This document shows positions 14,905 to 23,569 of a DNA stretch of 26,885 bases, piece by piece. A program made the translations under genes and the position numbers. This DNA comes from a virus. Its lineage: Duplodnaviria > Caudoviricetes. The notes beneath the pieces were generated by a model, which saw only the letters and a program-made list of their open reading frames with translations, was not told the origin of the DNA and did not search any database. Numbering within the stretch: the stretch's first letter is position 1; every line of letters begins with the position of its first letter. The stretch spans positions 1-26,885 of IMG/VR virus record IMGVR_UViG_3300032328_000603, one strand, 5' to 3'.

Positions 14905-17093
14905 ATCTCTTCTCCGATCATGTTCTCGACGAGCGCGCGCCCGCCTCTGGTGACTTCATACGCTTTGCCGTGGTTCTTGCCCGGGCCCGGATCCTTGAAG
15001 TCGACGACCTCAAGCGCGCCCATCCCGACGAGCTGCGAAAGAACCGCGATCACGCGACCGCGCGCCGCGCTCTCCTCCTTCGTCAGATCCGCCTTCGTCT
15101 TTTCATAGCCCAGATCCAAGCCCAGCGCCTTCGCGACCGGGTAGTCTGCGCGCGACGCGCCCTTCGTGCGGCGCTCCTGCGGCGGCAACGCCTGCAACAC
15201 CTGCACCGCGATCACCATGTCCCCGACCCGCTCCGCCTGCGAGCTGGGCGACGGCTTCCAGACCGTCGAGACGGCGACCGTGTCTTCGTCGTTCTCCTCG
15301 TCCCCATTGCCAAACGGGACGAGCTCGACCTTGACGAAATCACCGCCGAACGTGCGCGGCCCCATGTTCGCCTTGGGACGCGTCAGCTCTCCATAGAGGG
15401 GGCGCTCGTCCTCCCGGATCCCGAAGTCCTCGGCGTCCTTGGCGGTCATCTCGTTGAGCACCATCGAGACGCGCGCCGAGTTGACGATCGCACCAGCTCC
15501 CCGGGTCGCGGTCGCTGCGCGCGACTTACCTGCGTCGACCGACGCCTTGGATGCGTGATGCAAGAGCAAGACCGCCGCCTTGGTTTCGCGCGCGACGGAC
15601 CGGATCATGCCCATCAGCTTTGCCATCTGGACGTTGTCGTTCTCCTCGAGCTCGTGAAGCTCGGCGATCGGATCCAGTATCACGACGTCGAGCCTGTTCG
15701 CGATGATGATCTGCTTGAGCACCTCGACGTCGACGGCGATCACCTCGCGCAGCTCTTGGCTAAACCGGGCGATCGTGATGCGCAGCTCGTCGATCGAGAC
15801 GACGATCAATCGGTCCTCGATGTCGGCGCGCGTCAGACCGTGGATCTGCATCGCGGCGTCGACGCGCTTTGCGAGCTCCTCCGGCGGATCCTCCGACCAG
15901 ATCAGCACCCGGCGCGGCTTGCCCACCCGCTCGCCCATCACCGGCTTGCCCGATGCGAGCGAGAGCGCCCACCCGATCGCGAGCGACGTCTTGCCCCCGC
16001 CCCCGGATCCGGCGAGCACGGTCACGTATTGCCGGATCAGAATATTGCCCAAGAGCCACCGGCGCGGCTCATATGCGTGCAGCGCGCGCGGGACGTGCCC
16101 CGGCGTGCTAATCTCGACCTCGGGCTCGACCTCGGGCTCGACCTCCTCGATCATGCCCTCTGGGGCTTCGCCCAATAGCCCTGCCAGAGCATCAAGCACG
16201 GCGCGCTCGTCTCTGGGGCGGAACCTGCGGATCGCGCCCTCGAGCGCGCGCTCTGCGTCCTTGCGCGCCTTCTGCCACCGGCCCAGCGCCGCGCCGCCCG
16301 CCGGGCGCGCTGCGTCATAAAGCGCGAGGAGCTTCTCGCGCGCCTCGTCGTGCTCCATCCCGGCAAGCGCCCATCGCTTCGTGAGCTCGAGCGTCGTGTA
16401 GTGGAAGTCGGCCCCGCTGCGGATCCGCTGCTCGAGATCCTCGAGGTCGACGCCGGTCAGATCTCCGCCCGCACCTTCCGCCCCGGTGACCCGGTAGGCT
16501 GTTTGCATCCGCAAGAGATCCGCGAGCAGCGCGCGCGACATCTGCGGAGGATCGACGTCGTGCGTGACCGAATAGCCCAGAGACGGGGGCCAGACGACGA
16601 ACCCGCTCGCGCCTCGGATGTCGATCGCGTCGCACGTCTTGCGCGACGAGACTGCGACCCCGGGAGGCGCTGCGAAGATGAAGTGCTTCCCTCCGCTGGT
16701 CGTCCGGTGGATCCGAGCCTGCGCGAGCTCCGGTCCGTGCCGCTCGAAGAACGCTTCGGCGACCGGGTCGACCTTCTTTGACCGGTCGTCGTCGATCACG
16801 ACGAGATCCGCTGCGCCGGTCGCGACGCCGATCGCTGTTGCGCGCTCATTTGCGGCGTCGAACATCGCGCGGATCTTCTTTTCGTCCCGGGTCGCGGCGT
16901 AAAAGCCCGCCTTGAAGTCGTCGCCGGTCCCTAATCCCCACCCGTTCGCTGCGCAGATGTCCCGATTGAGCGCCGGTATTTTGTGCTTGTCACCTTGTTG
17001 ATCGGTATAGACATTCACCCAAAAAATCGGGTATTTAGTGGATGCGGTGATCGCGTCCGCTATTAGTTGGGGTTTTTCCTCGTCTTTTAGCAT
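14901..17093 (-). CDS. Primase-helicase (bifunctional Prim-Pol domain plus RepA/AAA_25 helicase)
   Basis: IGVATG, VVIDDD, T-x-SGG-x-H-x-x-F and DIRG-x-x-GFVV-x-PPS. Walker A GSGGGGKT, Walker B VVILDP, LLHH. AGGAG SD before the ATG at 17093. Confidence 0.9.
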   Translation of the reverse strand: MLKDEEKPQLIADAITASTKYPIFWVNVYTDQQGDKHKIPALNRDICAANGWGLGTGDDFKAGFYAATRDEKKIRAMFDAANERATAIGVATGAADLVVIDDDRSKKVDPVAEAFFERHGPELAQARIHRTTSGGKHFIFAAPPGVAVSSRKTCDAIDIRGASGFVVWPPSLGYSVTHDVDPPQMSRALLADLLRMQTAYRVTGAEGAGGDLTGVDLEDLEQRIRSGADFHYTTLELTKRWALAGMEHDEAREKLLALYDAARPAGGAALGRWQKARKDAERALEGAIRRFRPRDERAVLDALAGLLGEAPEGMIEEVEPEVEPEVEISTPGHVPRALHAYEPRRWLLGNILIRQYVTVLAGSGGGGKTSLAIGWALSLASGKPVMGERVGKPRRVLIWSEDPPEELAKRVDAAMQIHGLTRADIEDRLIVVSIDELRITIARFSQELREVIAVDVEVLKQIIIANRLDVVILDPIAELHELEENDNVQMAKLMGMIRSVARETKAAVLLLHHASKASVDAGKSRAATATRGAGAIVNSARVSMVLNEMTAKDAEDFGIREDERPLYGELTRPKANMGPRTFGGDFVKVELVPFGNGDEENDEDTVAVSTVWKPSPSSQAERVGDMVIAVQVLQALPPQERRTKGASRADYPVAKALGLDLGYEKTKADLTKEESAARGRVIAVLSQLVGMGALEVVDFKDPGPGKNHGKAYEVTRGGRALVENMIGEEI
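16113..16145. repeat. 12-bp tandem repeat (CTCGACCTCGGG x2.75) encoding an EVEP linker
   Basis: Seen directly. Lies between the primase and helicase domains. Confidence 0.8.
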
Positions 17094-17129
17094 CGTGTAA
17101 GCTCCTATTGTGTGCCTTGGCAGGTCTGC

Positions 17130-17159
17130 ACCATAGGCCACGAGACGTGGTCACCGCAA
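17130..17159 (-). promoter_or_regulatory. Putative sigma70-type promoter of the primase operon
   Basis: TTGCGG-N18-TATGGT on the minus strand, about 36 nt upstream of the primase ATG. Confidence 0.45.
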
Positions 17160-17191
17160 GCCTGTCTCTTCTCACCTCCCTGTGAAAACTT

Positions 17192-17218
17192 AGACCCGCT
17201 CCGGCGGGTCTTCTTTTT
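17192..17218 (+). terminator. Intrinsic terminator
   Basis: AGACCCGC-TCCG-GCGGGTCT followed by TCTTTTT. Confidence 0.8.
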
Positions 17219-17226
17219 ATTTAAAT

Positions 17227-17270
17227 CGGTCCTTGCAATCTATTGCGACCGGTCCTATATCTGAGTCAGA
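17227..17270 (+). promoter_or_regulatory. Early promoter P1 with an operator-like box
   Basis: cTTGCAA(17233)-N17-TATATC(17256). The spacer contains TTGCGACCGGTCC. Near-identical to the promoter at 23487-23540. Confidence 0.8.
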
Positions 17271-17295
17271 CGAAACGCAAACACGGAGACCTGCC

Positions 17296-17541
17296 ATGAA
17301 GATGACCGAAATGTTAAACGCGACGCTCGCCCATCACGCGACCCTGCAAGCTGCGGATCCAAAGCACAAGATTTGGTTCTGCTCCAAGGGGTTCGACATC
17401 GACGGCGTCGGGCGCGTGCACTGCGATCTGCAAGACGTCGCGACCGGGCTTTACGGCGTCCGCCCTCATTGGCGGCGCTCTTGGGCGCTGGACGGCAAAA
17501 AGATCGCCGCCGCGAAGCTCGCCCAGATCCTCGGGCACTGA
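17296..17541 (+). CDS. Hypothetical early protein (81 aa)
   Basis: GGAGACCTGCC-ATG start directly after P1. Confidence 0.75.
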   Translation: MKMTEMLNATLAHHATLQAADPKHKIWFCSKGFDIDGVGRVHCDLQDVATGLYGVRPHWRRSWALDGKKIAAAKLAQILGH

Positions 17542-17555
17542 TCGGACCGGGGGGC

Positions 17556-17585
17556 TTGACAGCTCCCCGCGACTTCGCCTAAGTC
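17556..17585 (+). promoter_or_regulatory. Putative promoter of the helicase/replication operon
   Basis: cTTGACA-N18-TAAGTC, flanked by GGACCGGGGG (17544) and GGACCGGGCC (17588), variants of the P1/P2 box. Confidence 0.5.
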
Positions 17586-17638
17586 TAGGACCGGGCCGAA
17601 TGGGTCCATGTAGCAACGTAAACCGAAAGTGACCTGCC

Positions 17639-18982
17639 ATGATATTACTCCCTCACCAGATCGAAGACGCCGCCTTCCTCGCGTCCCGCGCGTTCGCCGG
17701 GTGCTTTAGCGGCATGGGATCCGGCAAGACCCGGACCGCTCTCGAGGCTGCGCGCCTCGTCGGCGCGAGCCCTCTCGTGATCATCGCGCCGCCGATCGCG
17801 CTCGGGATGTGGTCGCGCGAAGCCGAGGCGCATCTTGTGCAATTATCCCAGATCCTAAAGACGAGCACGGCCAAGATCGACCCGGCTGCGCAGATCCTGA
17901 TCATGTCCTACGAGATCGCAACCAAGCGCGCCGGCGAGCTCAAAGAGCTTGCAGCGCGCGGACCTAAGCCGACCCTAATATGCGACGAGAGCCACGCGCT
18001 CAAGAGCACGACCGCCAAGCGCACCAAGGCGATCCTTGGATCGAAGGGGGTCGTAAACTGGTTTGCGCATTCTTGGATGCTGACCGGGACACCGGCGACG
18101 CGCTGGAACGACGATCTGATCCCGTTCCTATTCCGCGCCGCTCCCGAGGTGATGAAGGCGAAGCTCGGCGGGTTGTCGATCGAACGCTTTCAGCTCCGCT
18201 ATACGATCCGCCAACAAAAGAAATTCGCCGGCGCGCGCTATGCCGCCACAATGACCGTCGGATCTCGCAATACCGAAGAGCTGCGCGACATCCTTTACAC
18301 CGGCCCGAACCGGGTCGCTGTGCGTCGCGAGCTCGCCGATGTCTGGGCGGCCATGCCGCCGATCACGCACAATCGCTATTCGGTCGCGCTATCGAGCTCC
18401 CCGGAGCTGACCGCGGCGCTCGCGGCGATCCGCAAACTGAGCAGCGCGCAGATCCAGAAGGGGATCGCAGAGCAGGATCCGGCGCTCTCGACGGCGCGTC
18501 GCCTGATCGGGCTTGGCAAGATCTCCGGCGCTGCCGAGATCATCGCGGATCGCGCCGAAGCAACATCCGGCGCGGTGCTGGTCGGCGCTTGGCACACCGA
18601 TGTCATCGACGGCCTGCGCTCGGTGCTCTGCGCAAAAGGACTGCGCGCCGAGGTGCTCGACGGTCGCACCTCTTTGACCCGCAAGGCTGCGCTCGAGGCG
18701 ATGTTCAACTCCGGCGACATCGACGTGCTGATCGGCCAGATCGGCGCGATGGGGGTATCGTTGAACCTCCAGCGCGGCGGGAACTGCATCATCGTCGTCG
18801 AGGAGGATTGGTCCCCGGCGATCATGGATCAGTTTTATGCGCGCCTCTATCGCATGGGGCAGGAGAAGCACGTTCACGTCGACACACTCGAGGCGGACAA
18901 CAAGATCGACGAAGCGATCCACAAGATTAGCGCTGAGAAGGCGCGTCATCACGGCAAACTTAACACCGGAGCAGAAGCATGA
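17639..18982 (+). CDS. SNF2-like superfamily 2 helicase
   Basis: MGSGKT, DESH, LTGTP, G-x-SLNLQ and Q-x-x-x-R-x-x-R-x-GQ motifs. Confidence 0.9.
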   Translation: MILLPHQIEDAAFLASRAFAGCFSGMGSGKTRTALEAARLVGASPLVIIAPPIALGMWSREAEAHLVQLSQILKTSTAKIDPAAQILIMSYEIATKRAGELKELAARGPKPTLICDESHALKSTTAKRTKAILGSKGVVNWFAHSWMLTGTPATRWNDDLIPFLFRAAPEVMKAKLGGLSIERFQLRYTIRQQKKFAGARYAATMTVGSRNTEELRDILYTGPNRVAVRRELADVWAAMPPITHNRYSVALSSSPELTAALAAIRKLSSAQIQKGIAEQDPALSTARRLIGLGKISGAAEIIADRAEATSGAVLVGAWHTDVIDGLRSVLCAKGLRAEVLDGRTSLTRKAALEAMFNSGDIDVLIGQIGAMGVSLNLQRGGNCIIVVEEDWSPAIMDQFYARLYRMGQEKHVHVDTLEADNKIDEAIHKISAEKARHHGKLNTGAEA

Positions 18983-19278
18983 GAAGGTTCCACAAAAAAC
19001 CCCGGACCGACTGGCTGGGACCGGCGATTGCTGCCCTTCCGGATACTTTGTCAGAGGCGGAGCTGGTCAGCTTCATTCTGACACTGGTTCACGCCTATGA
19101 GCCCGACCGTATGAAGGGGCTGCATTTTGTTCTCTCTATGTCGGTTACATACTGTCAGTCTCAAGGGGTTCCGGTTCAGGCGCTGGGCGTGATCCTGAGC
19201 AACGCCGCGAAGACAATCACCGAAATCACCGCTCTGCAAGCTGCGCAAGAAGCTGCCCGCGCCGGCGCGAAGCATTAG
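18979..19278 (+). CDS. Hypothetical protein
   Basis: 99 aa, ATGA-coupled to the helicase. More AT-rich codons than its neighbours. Confidence 0.6.
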   Translation: MRRFHKKPRTDWLGPAIAALPDTLSEAELVSFILTLVHAYEPDRMKGLHFVLSMSVTYCQSQGVPVQALGVILSNAAKTITEITALQAAQEAARAGAKH

Positions 19279-19287
19279 GGGGACACC

Positions 19288-19728
19288 ATGATCACCATCG
19301 CAGCGGCGACCTGTCTCGCCCTCAATGTTTACTTCGAAGCGCGCGACCAGAGCATCGACGGGCAACGCCTCGTCGCCGAGGTCACCATCGAGCGCACCGC
19401 GCTGGTCGGGTATCCCAAGGACATCTGCGGCGTCGTCTATGAGAACCGCGCGTTCTCTTGGACCCAAGACGGCAAGAGCGACGAGCCCGAAGACGCCAAA
19501 GCATGGCTGCGCGCCCAGATCGTCGCGAACGAGGCGCTCTTGAACGGCTGCGAGCTGTGCACCGGCGCGACGCACTACGCGACGGTCGACGCGCTGCCGC
19601 ATTGGGCCCCGGATCTTGAAGTCCTCGGCCTCTGGGGGGATCACATCTTTTATCGCGACCCCGGTGCGCACCATGTTCGACCCAGACCACGACCCGTAAA
19701 CCTCAACAAAGGAGACCTGCCAAAATGA
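19288..19728 (+). CDS. Cell wall hydrolase, SleB/Hydrolase_2 family
   Basis: CLALNVYFEAR, VA-x-V-x-x-x-R, P-x-x-ICGVV, FSW, GATHY and G-x-HIFY motifs. Confidence 0.9.
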   Translation: MITIAAATCLALNVYFEARDQSIDGQRLVAEVTIERTALVGYPKDICGVVYENRAFSWTQDGKSDEPEDAKAWLRAQIVANEALLNGCELCTGATHYATVDALPHWAPDLEVLGLWGDHIFYRDPGAHHVRPRPRPVNLNKGDLPK

Positions 19729-19889
19729 AACGCGAAGACTTTGCTCGTTGCCCCGGCTGTGAAGGGGGCAAAAACTGGCCGGAGGATCAAGCAGCTTGGA
19801 CCTGCCCAGTTTGCGCTTTGATTTATATCGACGACGAAGACGACGAGCTGCAAGTCGTCAAAATCCAGAATGAGGAGATCCGTCTATGA
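19725..19889 (+). CDS. 54-aa zinc-ribbon protein
   Basis: Translated by hand: MKREDFARCPGCEGGKNWPEDQAAWTCPVCALIYIDDEDDELQVVKIQNEEIRL. AAGGAG SD and ATGA overlaps. Confidence 0.7.
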   Translation: MKREDFARCPGCEGGKNWPEDQAAWTCPVCALIYIDDEDDELQVVKIQNEEIRL

Positions 19890-20875
19890 CCCCCGAAGAC
19901 CTCAAGAACGCGATCCTCGTCGGCGCGGACGTGATCGACGCGCGCAAGACCTTTAGCGTCGACCGCTCGAAATATCTCAACGCATCCGAGGCGCTGTCAT
20001 GCATCCGCAAGCAATGGTTTGCCAAGCATGAGCCGAGCGAAGCGCCCGAGGATTGGGGCTTTGCCCGGCGCGGCACGCACGGCGAAAAATATGTCGTTGA
20101 GATGTTGCGCGCCTCTGGGCTCGAGCTCGCCTATGCCGGCGAAGATCAGGCAAGCGTCGCGGACGACGAGCTGCGGATCTCGGCGACGCCAGACGGCGTG
20201 ATTTGGAACGCATCCGGCGCGCACGTCGCGCTTGAGATCAAGACGATCGACCCGCGCACGAATATCGCGAACCTCCCCCGGAAGGGTCACGTCGCGCAGA
20301 TCCAGATCGCGATGGAGCTCTTGCGCAAGATCCGCGGTCTCGACGTCGGGCACGGGATTATCGTTTATATGGACGCATCAAACTTTAATGAGCTGCACAC
20401 GTTCGAGATCCAGCGCGACCCGGAGATCCTGAGCGCGATGTCGCTGCGCGCCGGGCAAGTGCTGCGGACGCGCAACGTCGAGCGCCTCGACCGTGAGGGG
20501 CGCACGAACGGCTCTTGCAAGACCTGCCCTTATGCTGATCGGTGCGGCGTCGACCTAACCGAGGCGAAGGCGTTCACGAGGTCGAACCGGGGGTCGCAGC
20601 TCGACACGATCGTGCGGCGCTATGTCGAGATCAAGGAGACGCAAGAGGCGCTCTCCGAAGAGAAGGACGCGATCGCCGAGGAGATCAAGGAGGAGCTGCG
20701 CAAGCGCAACACCGCCTCGACGGTTGTCGGAGACATCGAGGTCGAGCTTATGAGCGTCGCCGGGCGCTCTTCTCTCGACCAGAAGGCAATGGAGAAGGCG
20801 GGGATAGATCTCGCGCCCTTCAAGAAGATCGGGCTACCGTCGGAACGGCTGACCGTTAAACCGCTCGCGATCTGA
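19886..20875 (+). CDS. Cas4-like PD-(D/E)XK exonuclease with a C-terminal coiled-coil extension
   Basis: ASE-x-x-x-C-x-R, TPDG, EIKT, Q-x-Q and C-x-x-C-x5-C (1+3 Cys Fe-S pattern). Confidence 0.85.
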   Translation: MTPEDLKNAILVGADVIDARKTFSVDRSKYLNASEALSCIRKQWFAKHEPSEAPEDWGFARRGTHGEKYVVEMLRASGLELAYAGEDQASVADDELRISATPDGVIWNASGAHVALEIKTIDPRTNIANLPRKGHVAQIQIAMELLRKIRGLDVGHGIIVYMDASNFNELHTFEIQRDPEILSAMSLRAGQVLRTRNVERLDREGRTNGSCKTCPYADRCGVDLTEAKAFTRSNRGSQLDTIVRRYVEIKETQEALSEEKDAIAEEIKEELRKRNTASTVVGDIEVELMSVAGRSSLDQKAMEKAGIDLAPFKKIGLPSERLTVKPLAI

Positions 20876-20912
20876 TCGCGGGACTTAGCAACGTGCAAAA
20901 ATGGAGCACAAC

Positions 20913-21623
20913 ATGAACTCGACCTCTTTGACTTCCTACCTCGACAAAAACGCGCTTCCGGAGATCTCCGACGAGCAGATGATGGCTGCGCTCGCGGACA
21001 CGACCGAGGAGCAGCGCACCGGGTCCGGATCCAGCGTCACCTACCTGTCCTTTTCGGGCAAGACCGGATCCTACGCGCTGGGCCGCGACCGCACCGACGT
21101 GACCGACGACGTGCTGTGGATCCTCGAGCCCAAGAGCGTGATCGAAGGCTGGATTTGCTGGAAAGGCGGGAAGCCTGTCGACCGGGTCGAGTGGTCGACC
21201 TATAACAAGGCGGCTGCGGTGGACGAGGTCGACTTGAAAGATCACGGCCCCTATAACACCAAGACGGGCGAAGGATGGCAACGCGCGCTTGGGTTTGGCT
21301 GTATCTCGACCGACGGCGCGGCGACGAGCGTGCAATTCATCACGAACTCCGTCTCGGGGCGCAACGCGATCTCGGATCTCTTGGCCGAACTCGTGCGTCG
21401 CATGACCTCCGGATCCCCGTCTCTGCCGATCTTCGGGTTTGGCGCGGAGAGCTTCACGGCTCAAGGCGCGACGAACTACAAGCCGAAGTTTTTGATCCCC
21501 GGCTGGGCGACCCGGGCGGAAGTTGCGGCATTCTTGGCCGGTGAGATCTCTCTCGACGAGCTGGTCTATGGCGATAACCCCCCAGCAACGCCGACAAAGC
21601 GCGCGCCGAACGCGCGTCGCTAA
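20913..21623 (+). CDS. Putative single-stranded DNA-binding/annealing protein
   Basis: Sits between the exonuclease and polymerase. Aromatic-rich beta core (GWICWKGG, GPY...GW, Y-x-P-x-F...W). GGAG SD before the ATG at 20913. Confidence 0.55.
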   Translation: MNSTSLTSYLDKNALPEISDEQMMAALADTTEEQRTGSGSSVTYLSFSGKTGSYALGRDRTDVTDDVLWILEPKSVIEGWICWKGGKPVDRVEWSTYNKAAAVDEVDLKDHGPYNTKTGEGWQRALGFGCISTDGAATSVQFITNSVSGRNAISDLLAELVRRMTSGSPSLPIFGFGAESFTAQGATNYKPKFLIPGWATRAEVAAFLAGEISLDELVYGDNPPATPTKRAPNARR

Positions 21624-21629
21624 TCTCCC

Positions 21630-21654
21630 GGGGGGCGCGGTTCACGCGCTCCCC
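21630..21654 (+). other. Intergenic GC-rich stem-loop without a U-tract
   Basis: GGGGGGCGCG-GTTCA-CGCGCTCCCC just after the stop codon. Confidence 0.6.
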
Positions 21655-21677
21655 ACATCACACAAAGGACGCGCCGA

Positions 21678-23480
21678 ATGGAATACGAGCTAATCACGAC
21701 CAGAGCGGCCCTTGTGCGCGCTTTGCTCAAGTGCGAGACTGCGACCGCGCTCGACTTCGAGACGACGTCGCTGCGACCTTCTGACGGGCGCGTGCGGCTC
21801 GCGCAGCTCCGCAACGACGAGGTGCGCTGCGTGATCGACTTTGACCAGATCCCGGGGGGCTTTGCCGCCTGCGCGGTTCTCTTCGTCGGCCTCGGGCCTT
21901 GGGTCGTGTTTTACTCTGGTTTCGAATTGCGTTGGTTTATCGCCGCCGGCGCGACGCCGGATCTCGTCGATGTCGGACATCTGCGGCGCGCTCGCATGGG
22001 GGGAGGTCGCTTCTCTCTGGCCGATATGGTCCTCTGGGATCTCGAGCAGAAGCTCGCTAAGGACGAGCAAGTCTCGGATTGGGGCGCGCCTGAGCTCTCC
22101 GCCTCGCAGCTCGAATATGCGATCCGCGACGCCGACGTCACGTTCGAGCTCTGGGAATATTGGAAGGCGAGGACGACCGAGACGCACGATCGCGCCGCGC
22201 AGATCCTCGACGATATGACGCTGGGCGTGATTGAGATGGAAGAGGCGGGGATGCTGCTCGACCGCAAGGCGCACCGCGAGCTGGTGAAACGCTGGGAGCA
22301 GATCCGCGACGATCTCGCCGCCCAAGTGCGCGCGCTGATCTCGGAGGAGGAGGTTCCGAACCTCAATTCGAACCCGCAATTCTCGGACTTCTTCGCGCGG
22401 ATATTCCCCGATCGCGTGCTCGCGGTCTGGCCGAAGACCGAGAAGACGAACCAGCTCGAGATCTCCGGCGAGGCGCTCGCGAAGATGGCCGGCCTGTTCC
22501 CGGGGACGCCGGTCGAGGCGGCGCTCGACGCGCTCTCCCGATACCGCAAGATCTCGAAATATCTCTCGAGCTTCGGCAACACCGTGATCGACACGGCTGC
22601 GCGTTCCCCGGACGGTCGGGTCCGGGCGCGCTTCAATGTCGGCGCTGCTCGGACGTGCCGGTTCTCGAGCTCGGGACCGAACCTGCAACAAGTGCCGCGC
22701 GACAAGATGCTGTTCGCGGACGACCAAGATCAGACGCGCGTGCGCAAGAGCTTTATCGCGCCCGCCGGGTCGCTGCTGGTGTCCTACGACTATTCAGCGA
22801 TCGAGATGCGCGTGCTCGCGCTCCTCTCCGGTGACGACCAGCTCCTCGAGGACGTCGTCTTCGGCGATGTGCACTCCGAGGTCGCAGCGGTGATCGCCGG
22901 ACACAAGATCGACAAGAAGACCCCGGAAGGCAAAGCAGCGCGCAGCGCGGCGAAGGGGGTCTCGTTTGGGATCATTTACGGATCCGCCGCCGCCGGGCTC
23001 TCGATCACGATGCGGACGCCGATCGAGAAGGCGCAGACGTATATTGACTTCTGGGCTGACCGATACAAGCGCGCGTTCGCCTATCGCTTCCAGATGCAAG
23101 AGCAGGCCAAAGAAACCGGTTACCTGACTATGTGCGACGGGGGGACGATCTATCTCGGCAAGCGGAACGCGGATCTCCCGAAGTGCGCGAACTATCCCGT
23201 CCAGCGCGCTGCGCTCTCGGTCATGGCGCGCGCGATCACCCGGCACAAGGCGACGCTCGACGAGCTGCGCGGATCCGGGGAGCTTGACGCCCAGCGCACG
23301 CTGCTCCTCGCGACGATCCACGACGCCCTGATCGACGAGGCGCTCGAGACGCAAGCGGAGATCGTAAAGCGCGCGATGGCCGAGGATATGACCGCCGGGT
23401 ATCTCGACTTCTTCCCCGGCGCGCCGACGGACAATCTGATCGAAGGCGGCGTCGGGCCGAACTGGGCAGATCTTGGATAA
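21678..23480 (+). CDS. polA: DNA polymerase family A with 3'-5' exonuclease
   Basis: Exo I DFET, Exo III YAIRD, RFSSSGPNLQQ, motif A DYSAIEMR, motif B RSAAKGVSFGIIYG, motif C IHDA. Confidence 0.95.
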   Translation: MEYELITTRAALVRALLKCETATALDFETTSLRPSDGRVRLAQLRNDEVRCVIDFDQIPGGFAACAVLFVGLGPWVVFYSGFELRWFIAAGATPDLVDVGHLRRARMGGGRFSLADMVLWDLEQKLAKDEQVSDWGAPELSASQLEYAIRDADVTFELWEYWKARTTETHDRAAQILDDMTLGVIEMEEAGMLLDRKAHRELVKRWEQIRDDLAAQVRALISEEEVPNLNSNPQFSDFFARIFPDRVLAVWPKTEKTNQLEISGEALAKMAGLFPGTPVEAALDALSRYRKISKYLSSFGNTVIDTAARSPDGRVRARFNVGAARTCRFSSSGPNLQQVPRDKMLFADDQDQTRVRKSFIAPAGSLLVSYDYSAIEMRVLALLSGDDQLLEDVVFGDVHSEVAAVIAGHKIDKKTPEGKAARSAAKGVSFGIIYGSAAAGLSITMRTPIEKAQTYIDFWADRYKRAFAYRFQMQEQAKETGYLTMCDGGTIYLGKRNADLPKCANYPVQRAALSVMARAITRHKATLDELRGSGELDAQRTLLLATIHDALIDEALETQAEIVKRAMAEDMTAGYLDFFPGAPTDNLIEGGVGPNWADLG

Positions 23481-23486
23481 ATATTT

Positions 23487-23540
23487 TTGCGACCGGTCCT
23501 TGAAACCTCTTGCGACCGGTCCTATATCTTGGTCAGACGA
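23487..23540 (+). promoter_or_regulatory. Early promoter P2 with two tandem TTGCGACCGGTCC boxes
   Basis: cTTGAAA(23500)-N17-TATATC(23523). Boxes at 23487-23499 and 23510-23522. Downstream GTCAGACGA is shared with P1. Confidence 0.85.
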
Positions 23541-23569
23541 CACAACAATCAAAACCAAGGAGACCTGCC

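Larger units (their letters stand above)
17104..17218 (+). ncRNA. Candidate small regulatory RNA
   Basis: Hairpin 17104-17137 with loop CTTGGCAGGTCT, hairpin 17136-17152, a CU-rich stretch and a plus-strand terminator with no plus-strand gene upstream. Promoter is weak (TTTCCT-N17-TAAGCT, 17075-17103). Confidence 0.4.

Noticed and set aside
1858-23558. Many long opposite-strand or overlapping ORFs in the track (e.g. 1858-2799, 8598-9509, 11172-12227, 14970-16178, 21690-22727)
   Set aside because: Shadow ORFs of high-GC coding sequence, Arg/Pro-rich, with no motifs or SD and fully overlapping well-supported genes.
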